64,000 nucleotides of DNA, taken from assembly GCA_977020255.1 (NCBI GenBank), contig CDROCS010002735.1, positions 248,001-312,000 on the forward strand. The letters are read 5' to 3'. Under the pieces are notes generated by a model, which made no database searches, had not been told where the DNA came from, and saw nothing but the letters and a program-made list of their open reading frames with translations. The stretch comes from Obrimoposthia wandeli. Taxonomy: Eukaryota. Made by a program: the position numbers and the translations under genes. Below are positions 21,831-31,236 of the stretch, piece by piece (within the stretch, counting starts at the first letter, position 1; every line of letters begins with the position of its first letter).

Positions 21831-21907
21831 CAATTCATAAAACTGAGTTTTTGAAGTTTTCGGAATCTATCGATATCACTTCTAGGGAAAACATTTAAAA
21901 AACGTTT

Positions 21908-22288
21908 TTAGCTACCGCGATAACTAGAAAAACTATAGGGAGAAACAAGCAGCGGAACATGATAGTGCACGCTAGCATCTGCAATAGCAAAGCGTAAAAC
22001 AATTTCATCTAAAAAAGCAGGCTCCGCTAATTGCACACCTTTAGCGGTGTAATAGTCAGCCACTTTGAAAACCAACTCATACTTACCTACTGTAAAGTCA
22101 GTCCCTTTTAAAAGCGGCTGATCACAGCGACCATCATGGTTTGTCAATGTTTCTAGTAATAGTTCACGTTTTCCTGATAGTCGGTAAAGCGTCACTGGTA
22201 TCGCATTTCCTGGGCAGCCATTTGCAGTATCTAGCACATGGGTTGTTAAATATCCGCTTTCATTGGAGGAGCTTGTCATCGTTACCAT
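21908..22288 (-). CDS. uraH: 5-hydroxyisourate hydrolase (transthyretin-like)
   Basis: LTTHVLDTANGCPG, TNHDGR, HYHVPLLVSPYSFSSYRGS with the diagnostic C-terminal YRGS. Confidence 0.95.
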   Translation of the reverse strand: MVTMTSSSNESGYLTTHVLDTANGCPGNAIPVTLYRLSGKRELLLETLTNHDGRCDQPLLKGTDFTVGKYELVFKVADYYTAKGVQLAEPAFLDEIVLRFAIADASVHYHVPLLVSPYSFSSYRGS

Positions 22289-22466
22289 TCCTTCTTATTA
22301 ATTTTTATAAATACAGATCATTCTATGTGATTTTTTTACGTTTATTTATTATCTTTAATGCCCTCACTTCGCCGATTATATTTTCATGTAATTGTTGATA
22401 TGTGAGAAGTGAAATACCGATTATCTGCTAACTATATACTGATAGTACTTTGCTTCATTTAAAAAA

Positions 22467-22480
22467 TATTGTATACAATA
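22467..22480. promoter_or_regulatory. GntR-type operator in the divergent uraH/puuE promoter
   Basis: Perfect 14-bp palindrome TATTGTATACAATA; the core is repeated at 21821-21830. Confidence 0.65.
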
Positions 22481-22551
22481 ATATCTATAATTGTATTATA
22501 TAATACTAGATCATTACTACATCGCTTTATTCTGACAAGGAGCTATATTCA

Positions 22552-23475
22552 GTGGACAAACGCTACCCTCGAGATTTAATTGGTTATGGAGCAAATCCGC
22601 CTAATCCATTATGGCCCAAAAATGCCAGAATTGCCGTTTCATTTGTGCTCAATTATGAAGAAGGAGCCGAGCGTTGCCTATTGCATGGCGATACTGAATC
22701 TGAAGCTTTCCTTTCAGAAATGCCAAGTGCTCAACCTATCACTAATCAGCGTAATTTGAGCATGGAGTCATGCTATGAATATGGCAGCCGAGTTGGAGTG
22801 TGGCGTTTGTTGAGCCTGTTTGAAAAACATCATATTAAGTTAACTGTGTTTGCAGTTGCAATGGCGATTGAACGCCACCCTGATGTTGCTAAAGCAATGA
22901 TCGCTGCAGGTCATGAAATATGTAGCCATGGGTATCGCTGGATTGACTATCAATCTATGGATTTAGCGCAAGAAAAAGATCACTTAAACAAAGCAATCGA
23001 AATCATTGAACGCATTACCGGCAAACGGCCTTTAGGTTGGTATACTGGTCGTAACGGTCCCAATACCCGCACCGTTGTAATGCAAGAAGGTGGTTTCTTA
23101 TATGATAGCGATGCCTATAATGATGATCTACCCTACTGGCTTGATAACGACGGCAAGGGGCATCTGGTTATTCCCTATACTTTAGACGTAAATGACATGC
23201 GCTTCGCCACACCTCAAGGCTTTAACAGTGGCGAGCAATTTTACCAGTATCTAAAAGATAGTTTCGATACTTTGTACGCTGAAGGCGAATATGCACCTAA
23301 AATGTTGTCAGTGGGATTACACTGTCGTTTAGTTGGTAAGCCTGGACGCATTGCAGCACTTGAGCGTTTCATCGAATATGTAAACAGCCATGAGCACGTA
23401 TGGGTGACACGGCGTATAGATATTGCAAAACATTGGTATCAACATCACCCTTACTCATCTCCACAAGAGTTATAA
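22552..23475 (+). CDS. puuE: Allantoinase PuuE (polysaccharide deacetylase fold)
   Basis: YPRDLIGYG, VLNYEEGAE, YEYGSRVG, HEICSHGYRW, GWYTGR, LSVGLHCRL; GTG start with AGGAG RBS. Confidence 0.93.
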   Translation: MDKRYPRDLIGYGANPPNPLWPKNARIAVSFVLNYEEGAERCLLHGDTESEAFLSEMPSAQPITNQRNLSMESCYEYGSRVGVWRLLSLFEKHHIKLTVFAVAMAIERHPDVAKAMIAAGHEICSHGYRWIDYQSMDLAQEKDHLNKAIEIIERITGKRPLGWYTGRNGPNTRTVVMQEGGFLYDSDAYNDDLPYWLDNDGKGHLVIPYTLDVNDMRFATPQGFNSGEQFYQYLKDSFDTLYAEGEYAPKMLSVGLHCRLVGKPGRIAALERFIEYVNSHEHVWVTRRIDIAKHWYQHHPYSSPQEL

Positions 23476-23502
23476 AATTAAGAGCTATAAAGAGATAAAT
23501 TC

Positions 23503-24018
23503 ATGATCAATTTTGCGACTTTACACCCTTCTCAGCTAGGCCAAGCACAGTTTTTGGCCGCTTTTGGCGATATATATGAACACTCAGCTTGGATAGCACA
23601 AGCGGCTTTCAATACAGGTATTACTGTAGAGCACGACCAAATAGCGATTTTACATCGATTGATGGCAGACCAACTCACAAGGGCAGATAAAGCGTCAAAA
23701 TTAGCCTTAATAAACGCCCATCCAGATCTGGCCGGTAAAGCAGCCGTGGCAGGTGAATTAACCAGTGCTTCTACCTCAGAGCAAGCGGCTGCTGGCATTA
23801 GCACTTGCACTCAAGCAGAATTCGAGTACTTTAATCAACTCAATACTCGCTATAAGAAAAAATTTCAGTTTACGTTTATCATGGCAGTAAAAGACAGTAA
23901 TAAGCAGCAGATAATCGCTGCTTTTGAAAAACGCCTACTCAATGATAATGAAACTGAGTTTAAACAGGCAATTATAGAGATAAACAAAATTGCACTATCT
24001 AGATTGAATCAACTTTAG
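23503..24018 (+). CDS. uraD: OHCU decarboxylase
   Basis: GDIYEHSAWIA, LINAHPDLAGK, STSEQAAAG, KINKIALSRL. Confidence 0.9.
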   Translation: MINFATLHPSQLGQAQFLAAFGDIYEHSAWIAQAAFNTGITVEHDQIAILHRLMADQLTRADKASKLALINAHPDLAGKAAVAGELTSASTSEQAAAGISTCTQAEFEYFNQLNTRYKKKFQFTFIMAVKDSNKQQIIAAFEKRLLNDNETEFKQAIIEINKIALSRLNQL

Positions 24019-24070
24019 AACTTTTAAACAGACAGTTAAGAAGCATTCCTAATAATAAATCTAACTTAAA

Positions 24071-25075
24071 GTGAAGCATATTATGAGCACTGAACAACCT
24101 TTTCAAAAATACATTAATTTGGCTGACGCGCGCTTAGGTAGTAAAGTCATTGCTGTCTCCGATGATTGGTTTGCCGCTGCCGATCGCATGTTACAAGCAG
24201 AGCCTGCCGTATGGAAGGAAGGCGTTTTTGATGATAATGGCAAGTGGATGGATGGTTGGGAGTCACGCCGAAAGCGCTTTGAAGGTTTTGATCACGCAAT
24301 CATAAAGCTAGGCGTTGCAGGTGAGATAAAAGGGATAGAGATAGACACTTCCTATTTTACAGGTAACTACCCACCTTCAGCGTCTTTAGAAGCCTGTTAC
24401 TACGAGCAAGGCGATCCAGATGAGCACACTCAGTGGACTGAAATTCTAAGCGCCGTTGACTTAGTAGGTGATAACCAACACTTTCACGCTATCGATAACG
24501 TTCAGCCTTGGAGCCATTTACGCTTTAATATCTTCCCCGATGGTGGCATTGCAAGGTTGCGTGTGCATGGTATTCCTTTTCATAACTGGTCTAAACAAGA
24601 TCCTGCAAAAATAATAGACTTTGCTAGCTCTTTAAATGGTGGGCGCGCACTGGCTTGTTCTGATGAACACTTTGGCCGTATGCGTAATATTTTGAACCCA
24701 GGTCGCGGTATCAATATGGGTGATGGCTGGGAAACCGCAAGGCGAAGAACCCCCGGCTTTGACTGGGTTATTGTGGCGTTAGGCCATGCAGCTGAAATTT
24801 CTGATGTGCTAATTGACACCCTACACTTTAAAGGTAACTACCCTGATAGTTGCTCTATTCAGGGGGCTTTCGTTAAAGGTGGCACGGATGAACAAATTGA
24901 AACACAAAGCTTATTTTGGCAAGAACTACTGCCGTCCAAAAAGCTAGAAATGCATCAAGAGCATGAATTCAACCAGCTCAATGATATAGGCCCAATTACC
25001 CATGTGCGGTTAAATATATTTCCGGACGGTGGTGTTAGCAGAATGCGATTGTTCGGCAAAATTAGCTCTCATTAA
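24071..25075 (+). CDS. alc: Allantoicase
   Basis: Duplicated allantoicase repeats ([11 protein letters not shown] / [29 protein letters not shown] twice). The start may be the ATG at 24083. Confidence 0.93.
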   Translation: MKHIMSTEQPFQKYINLADARLGSKVIAVSDDWFAAADRMLQAEPAVWKEGVFDDNGKWMDGWESRRKRFEGFDHAIIKLGVAGEIKGIEIDTSYFTGNYPPSASLEACYYEQGDPDEHTQWTEILSAVDLVGDNQHFHAIDNVQPWSHLRFNIFPDGGIARLRVHGIPFHNWSKQDPAKIIDFASSLNGGRALACSDEHFGRMRNILNPGRGINMGDGWETARRRTPGFDWVIVALGHAAEISDVLIDTLHFKGNYPDSCSIQGAFVKGGTDEQIETQSLFWQELLPSKKLEMHQEHEFNQLNDIGPITHVRLNIFPDGGVSRMRLFGKISSH

Positions 25076-25101
25076 TAGCATTAAATTATACAGGTACCGT
25101 T

Positions 25102-25614
25102 ATGCCAGTCATCCACCCTCGCCCACTCACTAAGGAAGCTTTCGCTCCATATGGCGATGTCATTGAAACATCAGGTAGCGATCACTTTTTGATAAACAAT
25201 GGTAATACCCAGCGCTATCATCGCCTTGCAAGTGTTGACCTTGCTGAGCAAGGCGATAAAGCCATTATTAATATCTTTCGAGCCCAGCCTTTAACAATGC
25301 CGCTGCGAATTTCTATGATGGAACGCCACCCCAAAGGCTCTCAAGCGTTTATCCCTCTCAAGCAGAACTCCTTTCTAGTGCTAGTCGCTCCTGCAGGCTT
25401 ACCCCCTGAACCTCAGCACTTAGCGGCATTTTTTGCCAAAGGTACGCAAGGCGTAAATTATCACCAAGGTGTTTGGCACCATCCTATTTTGTGCTGCACT
25501 GAGGATGACGATTTTTTAGTAGTGGATAGAGATGGCGCAGGTAATAATTGTGATGAGCACCATTTTAGCAAAGGTTTAGAGATTTACTTAAGCGCTGATG
25601 GCGCTGATGAATAA
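25102..25614 (+). CDS. allA: Ureidoglycolate lyase
   Basis: PLTKEAFAPYGDVIE, MERHPKGSQAFIP, GVNYHQGVWHHP, FLVVDR. Confidence 0.92.
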   Translation: MPVIHPRPLTKEAFAPYGDVIETSGSDHFLINNGNTQRYHRLASVDLAEQGDKAIINIFRAQPLTMPLRISMMERHPKGSQAFIPLKQNSFLVLVAPAGLPPEPQHLAAFFAKGTQGVNYHQGVWHHPILCCTEDDDFLVVDRDGAGNNCDEHHFSKGLEIYLSADGADE

Positions 25615-25677
25615 CATTGTACCCACTAACACAATAAAGCCACTAATACGCTGGCAAGCACTAACAAGGAGTTAAGT

Positions 25678-26853
25678 ATGGACCCTCATTACACTGAATG
25701 GCTAAATTTAGTGATCCGCTGGGCGCATATGATCACAGGTGTTGCCTGGATAGGTGCTTCTTTCTATTTTAATTGGCTCGAAAACCATTTAGATAGACGC
25801 ACACCAAAAGAAGGCCAAGCCGGAGATTTATGGGCCATTCACGGGGGGGGTATTTATCATCTTGAAAAGTATAAACTAGCCCCGCCCCAAATGCCTGAAA
25901 AGTTGCATTGGTTTAAATGGGAGGCCTATACCACTTGGTTATCTGGGATGGCGCTACTCGGGGCGGTTTATTACTTAAACGCTCAACTCTATCTAATAGC
26001 TCCGGGGGCAAATTTAAGCTCAATTGCAGCCATTGCCATCAGTATTGCCAGTTTAATTATAGGTTGGGTAGTCTATACAACACTATGTGATAGCGCCCTT
26101 GGTAAAAAACCAGCACTTTTAGCGCTAATTCTATTTGTTCTGATTATCTTTGCATCTTGGGCATTGTCACTGGTGTTTAGTGGTCGTGGTGCTTTTATTC
26201 ACGTAGGCGCAATCATCGGCACTATCATGGTAGGTAATGTCTTTTTTGTTATCATGCCGGCACAACGCAATTTGGTCGCCGCAATTGCATCCGGTGAAGC
26301 GCCTGACCCCAAGTGGCCCGCTAAAGGCCTGTTAAGATCTAGGCACAATAACTATTTCACCTTACCTGTACTATTCATTATGATCAGCAATCATTTCCCA
26401 AGTACTTTTGGCCATGATTACAACTGGGTAGTATTAGCAGCTATTTCTTTACTTGGTGTGTTAGTGCGTCATTATTTTAATACTCGACACATTAGCCAAA
26501 AATACGCTTGGACTATCCCCGCTGCTGCACTGGGCATGGTATGCCTTGCCTTTGTAACAGCTCCCAAAAAAACGGCGCCGCTAACCGCTCAAGTATCTTT
26601 TATACAAGTTAAACAAATTTTAGATCAGCGCTGTACTGTGTGTCACTCTGCTAATCCAACCAGCCCATTGTTTACTACTGCCCCCAGTGGCGTGATGTTT
26701 GACACACCTGAACAAGTCAAATTAATGGCACCTAGAATTAACGCTCAATCAGTTACCACTCAAGTAATGCCGCTAGGTAATATCACTCAAATGCTGGCGA
26801 CTGAGCGACAACTCATTGGAAAATGGATTATCGAAGGCGCTAACATAAAATAA
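25678..26853 (+). CDS. puuD: Membrane urate hydroxylase PuuD with C-terminal cytochrome c domain
   Basis: RWAHMITGVAWIGASFYF, WAIHGGG, HWFKWEAYTTW, RSRHNNYFTLPV; heme motif CTVCH and MPLGN near the C-terminus. Confidence 0.9.
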   Translation: MDPHYTEWLNLVIRWAHMITGVAWIGASFYFNWLENHLDRRTPKEGQAGDLWAIHGGGIYHLEKYKLAPPQMPEKLHWFKWEAYTTWLSGMALLGAVYYLNAQLYLIAPGANLSSIAAIAISIASLIIGWVVYTTLCDSALGKKPALLALILFVLIIFASWALSLVFSGRGAFIHVGAIIGTIMVGNVFFVIMPAQRNLVAAIASGEAPDPKWPAKGLLRSRHNNYFTLPVLFIMISNHFPSTFGHDYNWVVLAAISLLGVLVRHYFNTRHISQKYAWTIPAAALGMVCLAFVTAPKKTAPLTAQVSFIQVKQILDQRCTVCHSANPTSPLFTTAPSGVMFDTPEQVKLMAPRINAQSVTTQVMPLGNITQMLATERQLIGKWIIEGANIK

Positions 26854-26883
26854 GGGATTTGAAAATTCACACTAAGCTATATT

Positions 26884-26926
26884 AGCGATACAGTGTTGTT
26901 GGTTTTAATAACGATACTGTATTGCT
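26884..26926 (+). terminator. Hairpin after puuD, possible terminator
   Basis: AGCGATACAGT (26884-26894) can pair with ACTGTATTGCT (26916-26926), with further inner pairing; no clean U-tract. Confidence 0.4.
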
Positions 26927-27065
26927 TATCTGCCACTACCATTTTGTGTAACATTATTTTTGCGCTACTTAATCGCTAAGCCGCCTTCCTAACTGTTTTT
27001 TTGCTAAAACTGGAAAATCCAAATATCTATTAAAAAACTATTCAGATAACGGTATAAATAATATC

Positions 27066-27214
27066 ATTAGTGTCCGGTTTAATTTTTGTTACTCTTTAAC
27101 TCATTGATTTTACGTTAAACACAAGCGCTATTTGGCTTAAAAAATCCAATTAACTATGCTAGAAAACCACAAATCAATGAGTAAAGAGCTTACACTTTTT
27201 AACTGGACAGCAAT
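27066..27214 (+). mobile_element. ~150-bp MITE-like repeat, copy 2
   Basis: Ends ATTAGTGTCCGGTT / AACTGGACAGCAAT; near-identical core to copies 1 and 3. Confidence 0.85.
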
Positions 27215-27463
27215 GAAACAATATTACTTAAATCCTTTGTTCCTGTTCTTACGTTTCGCCTGTAGAATGCAGCCAATTAATTTTTATGGATTTTTTATAA
27301 ACAAGCGTTAAAGTTTTAATCAGTCGTGCACTGCCTACGCACACTTTTTACTTTGATTTTTTTACTTTTCTGCATTTGCACTCATCGCTTAAAGTACCGA
27401 TAAAGGCTTTATCATTTAGCCAGTGCGCTTTTTAACAAATAACAATCTACACGGAATAACGAT

Positions 27464-28228
27464 ATGAATGATACTTTTAAGTTATTAAACTCCCACCGGT
27501 CTATCCGTAAATTCACCACACAAGATATTGCGCAGCAAACGATTGAAGCACTCGTTATAGCGGGGCAAAGTGCAGCCACTTCAAGTTTCATTCAAACCAC
27601 CACTGTCATTCAAGTTAATGATGCCGCTAATCGAGAGCAACTAGCTTTTTTAGCTGGCAACCAGAAATACGTACAAAACGCACCGCGGTTTTTAGTATTC
27701 TGCGCGGATATGAATCGTCACAAAATCGCATGTGATATGCACGGTCAAGCCATGCAGTCAGGATTTACCGAGCAGTTTTTGACGGCTTCTCTAGATTGTG
27801 CGTTGTTTGCTCAAAACTTAGTCATCGCTGCTGAATCACTAGGTTTAGGCTGCGTTTACATTGGAGGCTTGCGTAACAATATCCAAAAAGTGGGTGAATT
27901 ACTTGAGTTACCTGAATTAGTTTATCCAGTTTTTGGGTTATGCTTAGGCTATCCAGATCAAAACCCTGAAGTAAAACCAAGATTGCCTGTTCACACAGTG
28001 CTTAAACAAGATACTTATCATAATGGAGTTCAAAATACTGAAGGTCTAACCATTAATGATCAGCAAATTATTAGCCAATACGACGAACAGTTAAGACATT
28101 ATTATGCTACGAGAGGCTCTAACGTAAAACAACAAGGCTGGAGCGAGCAAATTTCTAGCATGCTCAATAAAGAAGCCAGACCTCACATGCTAAGTTACTT
28201 AAAAACGAAGGGCTATTTGCTCAAATAA
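27464..28228 (+). CDS. nfsA: NADPH-dependent nitroreductase/flavin reductase (NfsA/Frp family)
   Basis: HRSIRKF, QSAATSSFIQ, FCADMNR, LGCVYIGGLRN, PEVKPRLP. Confidence 0.88.
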   Translation: MNDTFKLLNSHRSIRKFTTQDIAQQTIEALVIAGQSAATSSFIQTTTVIQVNDAANREQLAFLAGNQKYVQNAPRFLVFCADMNRHKIACDMHGQAMQSGFTEQFLTASLDCALFAQNLVIAAESLGLGCVYIGGLRNNIQKVGELLELPELVYPVFGLCLGYPDQNPEVKPRLPVHTVLKQDTYHNGVQNTEGLTINDQQIISQYDEQLRHYYATRGSNVKQQGWSEQISSMLNKEARPHMLSYLKTKGYLLK

Positions 28229-28240
28229 AGGGAATTAACA

Positions 28241-29296
28241 ATGTGGGATAATCGCAGTCGTATACTCAATTGGGCACAGCAAGGCCTACTTAAAAACCAA
28301 GACTTAGCGCAATTGATGCTGCAAGCGCAAGGCCAGCCTAGTACTAATCAATGGCTCACTTTTATGCGAATGGCACTCACTTGGTTGGCAATGATTGCCT
28401 TTTGCGCCGGTGTCATTTTTTTCTTTGCTTACAACTGGCAAGATATGTCGAGATTTAGTAAGTTTGGCCTCATCGAGCTCGCTATGTTGCTAAGCGCCAT
28501 AGGCTATGTGCGATTATCCAGCCACGCACAGCTTAAACCGGCGCTATTAATGGCCATGACACTCTTAACGGGCGCTTTACTTGCAGTGATAGGCCAAACC
28601 TATCAAACAGGTGCAGACCCTTGGCAACTATTTGCCGTTTGGGCTGTATTGATGCTTCCTTGGGCACTGTTAAGCCGCTCCTGTATTTTGTGGATTTTTT
28701 GGGTGGTGATATTAAATACCGCCCTTGCGCTATATTTGGATTTGACCCATAAATTGTTATGGTTCAACTTCGGTAGAGACACCGCACCGGTGGTGATCTG
28801 TGTTTTAAATAGTTTATTACTGATTGTTTTCGAGATAGCTAATAATGGCGATCGAATTTTACCTTCAAAACTAACTGCACCTTATTTGCATAACCGCTAT
28901 ACCCAACAAATACTAGTGACTATCGCTGGGGTAGCTATCAGCACTTGGGCAGCCGATAAGGTCTTTAGCTATAACAGTAATAGCACTGAACTGGCTTATT
29001 ACCTGTTATGGCTTGCACTAATTTTGTTAGTTTATCGATATTTAATCAAAGATTTATATGTTATTGCTGCGAGCTTTTTAAGTTTTATTATCGTGTCTAG
29101 CATGTTTTTATTTGACGTTTTAGAAGACGATGCAGATGAAGCGGTACTTTTATTTATTAGCTTATATATTTTAGGCAGTTCAAGTTTAGCCACTTACTGG
29201 CTGAAAGCCTTATCTAGACAGTTTAAAGGGCTACCTAAAAGCAGTGCTGATAAAATATCAAATGATTTAGAAGACGCTGTTAAGGAGGAAAAATGA
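28241..29296 (+). CDS. DUF2157-type membrane protein
   Basis: GVIFFFAYNWQDM, LLAVIGQTYQTGADPWQLFAVW; multi-TM. Confidence 0.8.
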   Translation: MWDNRSRILNWAQQGLLKNQDLAQLMLQAQGQPSTNQWLTFMRMALTWLAMIAFCAGVIFFFAYNWQDMSRFSKFGLIELAMLLSAIGYVRLSSHAQLKPALLMAMTLLTGALLAVIGQTYQTGADPWQLFAVWAVLMLPWALLSRSCILWIFWVVILNTALALYLDLTHKLLWFNFGRDTAPVVICVLNSLLLIVFEIANNGDRILPSKLTAPYLHNRYTQQILVTIAGVAISTWAADKVFSYNSNSTELAYYLLWLALILLVYRYLIKDLYVIAASFLSFIIVSSMFLFDVLEDDADEAVLLFISLYILGSSSLATYWLKALSRQFKGLPKSSADKISNDLEDAVKEEK

Positions 29297-30936
29297 ATAA
29301 TAACCTCTCCGGTCAAGCCCTATGGGATTTGCTTAAAAAAAATAATGCGGTAACGACCCAAAGCCCACCTATAGAAAATGATATTTCAAGCTGGTATATA
29401 CGACTCATTCAAGGTTTTGCCGGCTGGCTGGCCGCGAGCTTTTTAGTCGCCTTTATCGGATCGATTTTTGCTTTTACTCTCTTCAATGAGAAAAATGCGA
29501 TTCAACTTATGACACTGGGCTTTAGCTGTTGTGTTTTTTCTCACTTCATTTTCAAGAGTGACCACCAGCGCGATTTTGTACAGCAGCTCGCGTTGGCATT
29601 TAATTTATGTGGTCAATTTTTAATAACCTGGGGACTCGCGGTTTCTTTTGATTTTAACTCTTTTGAATTTTATATTTCACTCTTTTCACTACAGTTAATC
29701 TTAGTTTTTTTACAAAAAAATTACATCGCTCGACTGCTCAGCACTTGGTTTGCGATGATCGCGCTCTTCTTTTGTTTAAAGAAACTCGATATTGCCAATT
29801 TAAGCCCAACCCTAGTCTTTATTTCATTTAGTGCAGTGTGGATGCTGGATTTGCGCTGGCTAAAACGTAAAGATCTATGGGAGCCAATTGGCTACGGACT
29901 AGCAATCACCCTAGTGATGTTTAGTGGAAAATTCTTTTTTAGAGAATTCGCCGATATGATCAGTAACGATCAACAGCAATTACTAGCAACCCAAATCTTT
30001 ACTTTTTGGTTAAACCAGCTGTTGATCTCCGCTGTTTTTGTTTACTTACTCAATAGTATCAGAGTGCTATATCAAATCCCTTTACAGCACAAAAACAGCC
30101 TAAAACTCGCATTACTTGGTGTTCTATTGATAGTAACTAGCTACATAGTCGTTGGGGTTAGCGCCGCATATTTATTGCTGGGCGTTGGATTCTTAAAGCA
30201 ACGTCGTATTTTAGTTATCATAGGTGCGCTTAGCCTGCTGGGCTTTATCTCTTGGTACTATTACAATTTAAATTGGACACTGCTTTATAAATCAGTCGTT
30301 TTGATTGGGTTTAGTATTTGCTTTGCCTCCGGAGCATATTGGATGCATATCAGCGCACAGCAGCAGCCTTTAACGCTCGCAATCCTAAAACAGAAATACC
30401 AATTCAATGTGCAAAGTAAACTTGTAACACTCACAGTTATTGTGATTATAGCATTGTTAAATTTCACTATATATCAGCGTGAAACGTTACTATCCAGCGG
30501 GAAAATTGTGTTACTAAAACTTGCTCCAGTTGACCCTAGATCACTCATGCAAGGAGATTATATGCGCCTGCGCTTTGATATAGAATCTACCCTACTTAAC
30601 AAGACCAAAGGTAAAGAAGACACGCAGATCACTGTGTTAAACGATGCCGATCAAGGGCTGTTTATTGTCACACTTGATGACAACTCAGTGGCTAGTTATC
30701 ACAGTATTTATCAGGGACAATTACTTGCAGAAAAGCAAATTAAAATGCAATTTCGCATCCGTGACCGTAAAGTTCGCTTAGCCACCCACGCTTTTTTCTT
30801 TGAAGAAGGCAGTGCAGATTTATACAGTAATGCATTATATGGTGAGTTCAGAGTCGCCGAAAATGGTGAATTACTACTCAATAGTTTGCGAGATAAGCAA
30901 TTTAAAACCCTTGGGCTTAATCGTCCTGAAAACTAA
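29293..30936 (+). CDS. DUF4401 membrane domain fused to a GDYXXLXY domain
   Basis: Multi-TM N-terminal region (ISWYYYNLNWTLLYKS), then LAPVDPRSLMQGDYMRLRF and AFFFEEG...YGEFRV; ATGA overlap with the upstream gene. Confidence 0.78.
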   Translation: MNNNLSGQALWDLLKKNNAVTTQSPPIENDISSWYIRLIQGFAGWLAASFLVAFIGSIFAFTLFNEKNAIQLMTLGFSCCVFSHFIFKSDHQRDFVQQLALAFNLCGQFLITWGLAVSFDFNSFEFYISLFSLQLILVFLQKNYIARLLSTWFAMIALFFCLKKLDIANLSPTLVFISFSAVWMLDLRWLKRKDLWEPIGYGLAITLVMFSGKFFFREFADMISNDQQQLLATQIFTFWLNQLLISAVFVYLLNSIRVLYQIPLQHKNSLKLALLGVLLIVTSYIVVGVSAAYLLLGVGFLKQRRILVIIGALSLLGFISWYYYNLNWTLLYKSVVLIGFSICFASGAYWMHISAQQQPLTLAILKQKYQFNVQSKLVTLTVIVIIALLNFTIYQRETLLSSGKIVLLKLAPVDPRSLMQGDYMRLRFDIESTLLNKTKGKEDTQITVLNDADQGLFIVTLDDNSVASYHSIYQGQLLAEKQIKMQFRIRDRKVRLATHAFFFEEGSADLYSNALYGEFRVAENGELLLNSLRDKQFKTLGLNRPEN

Positions 30937-31010
30937 TTTGATTATGAGCTTTGCTGGTTAGATTTAATGCTTATATTTAATGGATAGATCTAATCAGTCA
31001 GCCATTACCT

Positions 31011-31171
31011 AGTTCTCATCCTGAAACGGGGCCGTAACCAGGGCGACTCAATGGTTCAAGATGTGTGCAACTAGATATGGGCGTTTGGTCATTCCAAATA
31101 ACTATATCTAGTGGTGCTCAGATTGATCCAGTGAGCCGGTCGCAGTAGGCATCTGTTTCCGGATGGGAACT
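31011..31171. repeat. 161-bp imperfect palindrome flanked by direct repeats (candidate structured sRNA or MITE)
   Basis: Ends AGTTCTCATCC / GGATGGGAACT pair; inner CTAGATAT/ATATCTAG and TTTGG/CCAAA stems. TACCTAGT occurs at both 31006-31013 and 31171-31178. Confidence 0.6.
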
Positions 31172-31236
31172 ACCTAGTATTGCGGATAGCTTGATAGTAG
31201 GTACTTTAATTAAACAACAAATACACATAGCGATAT

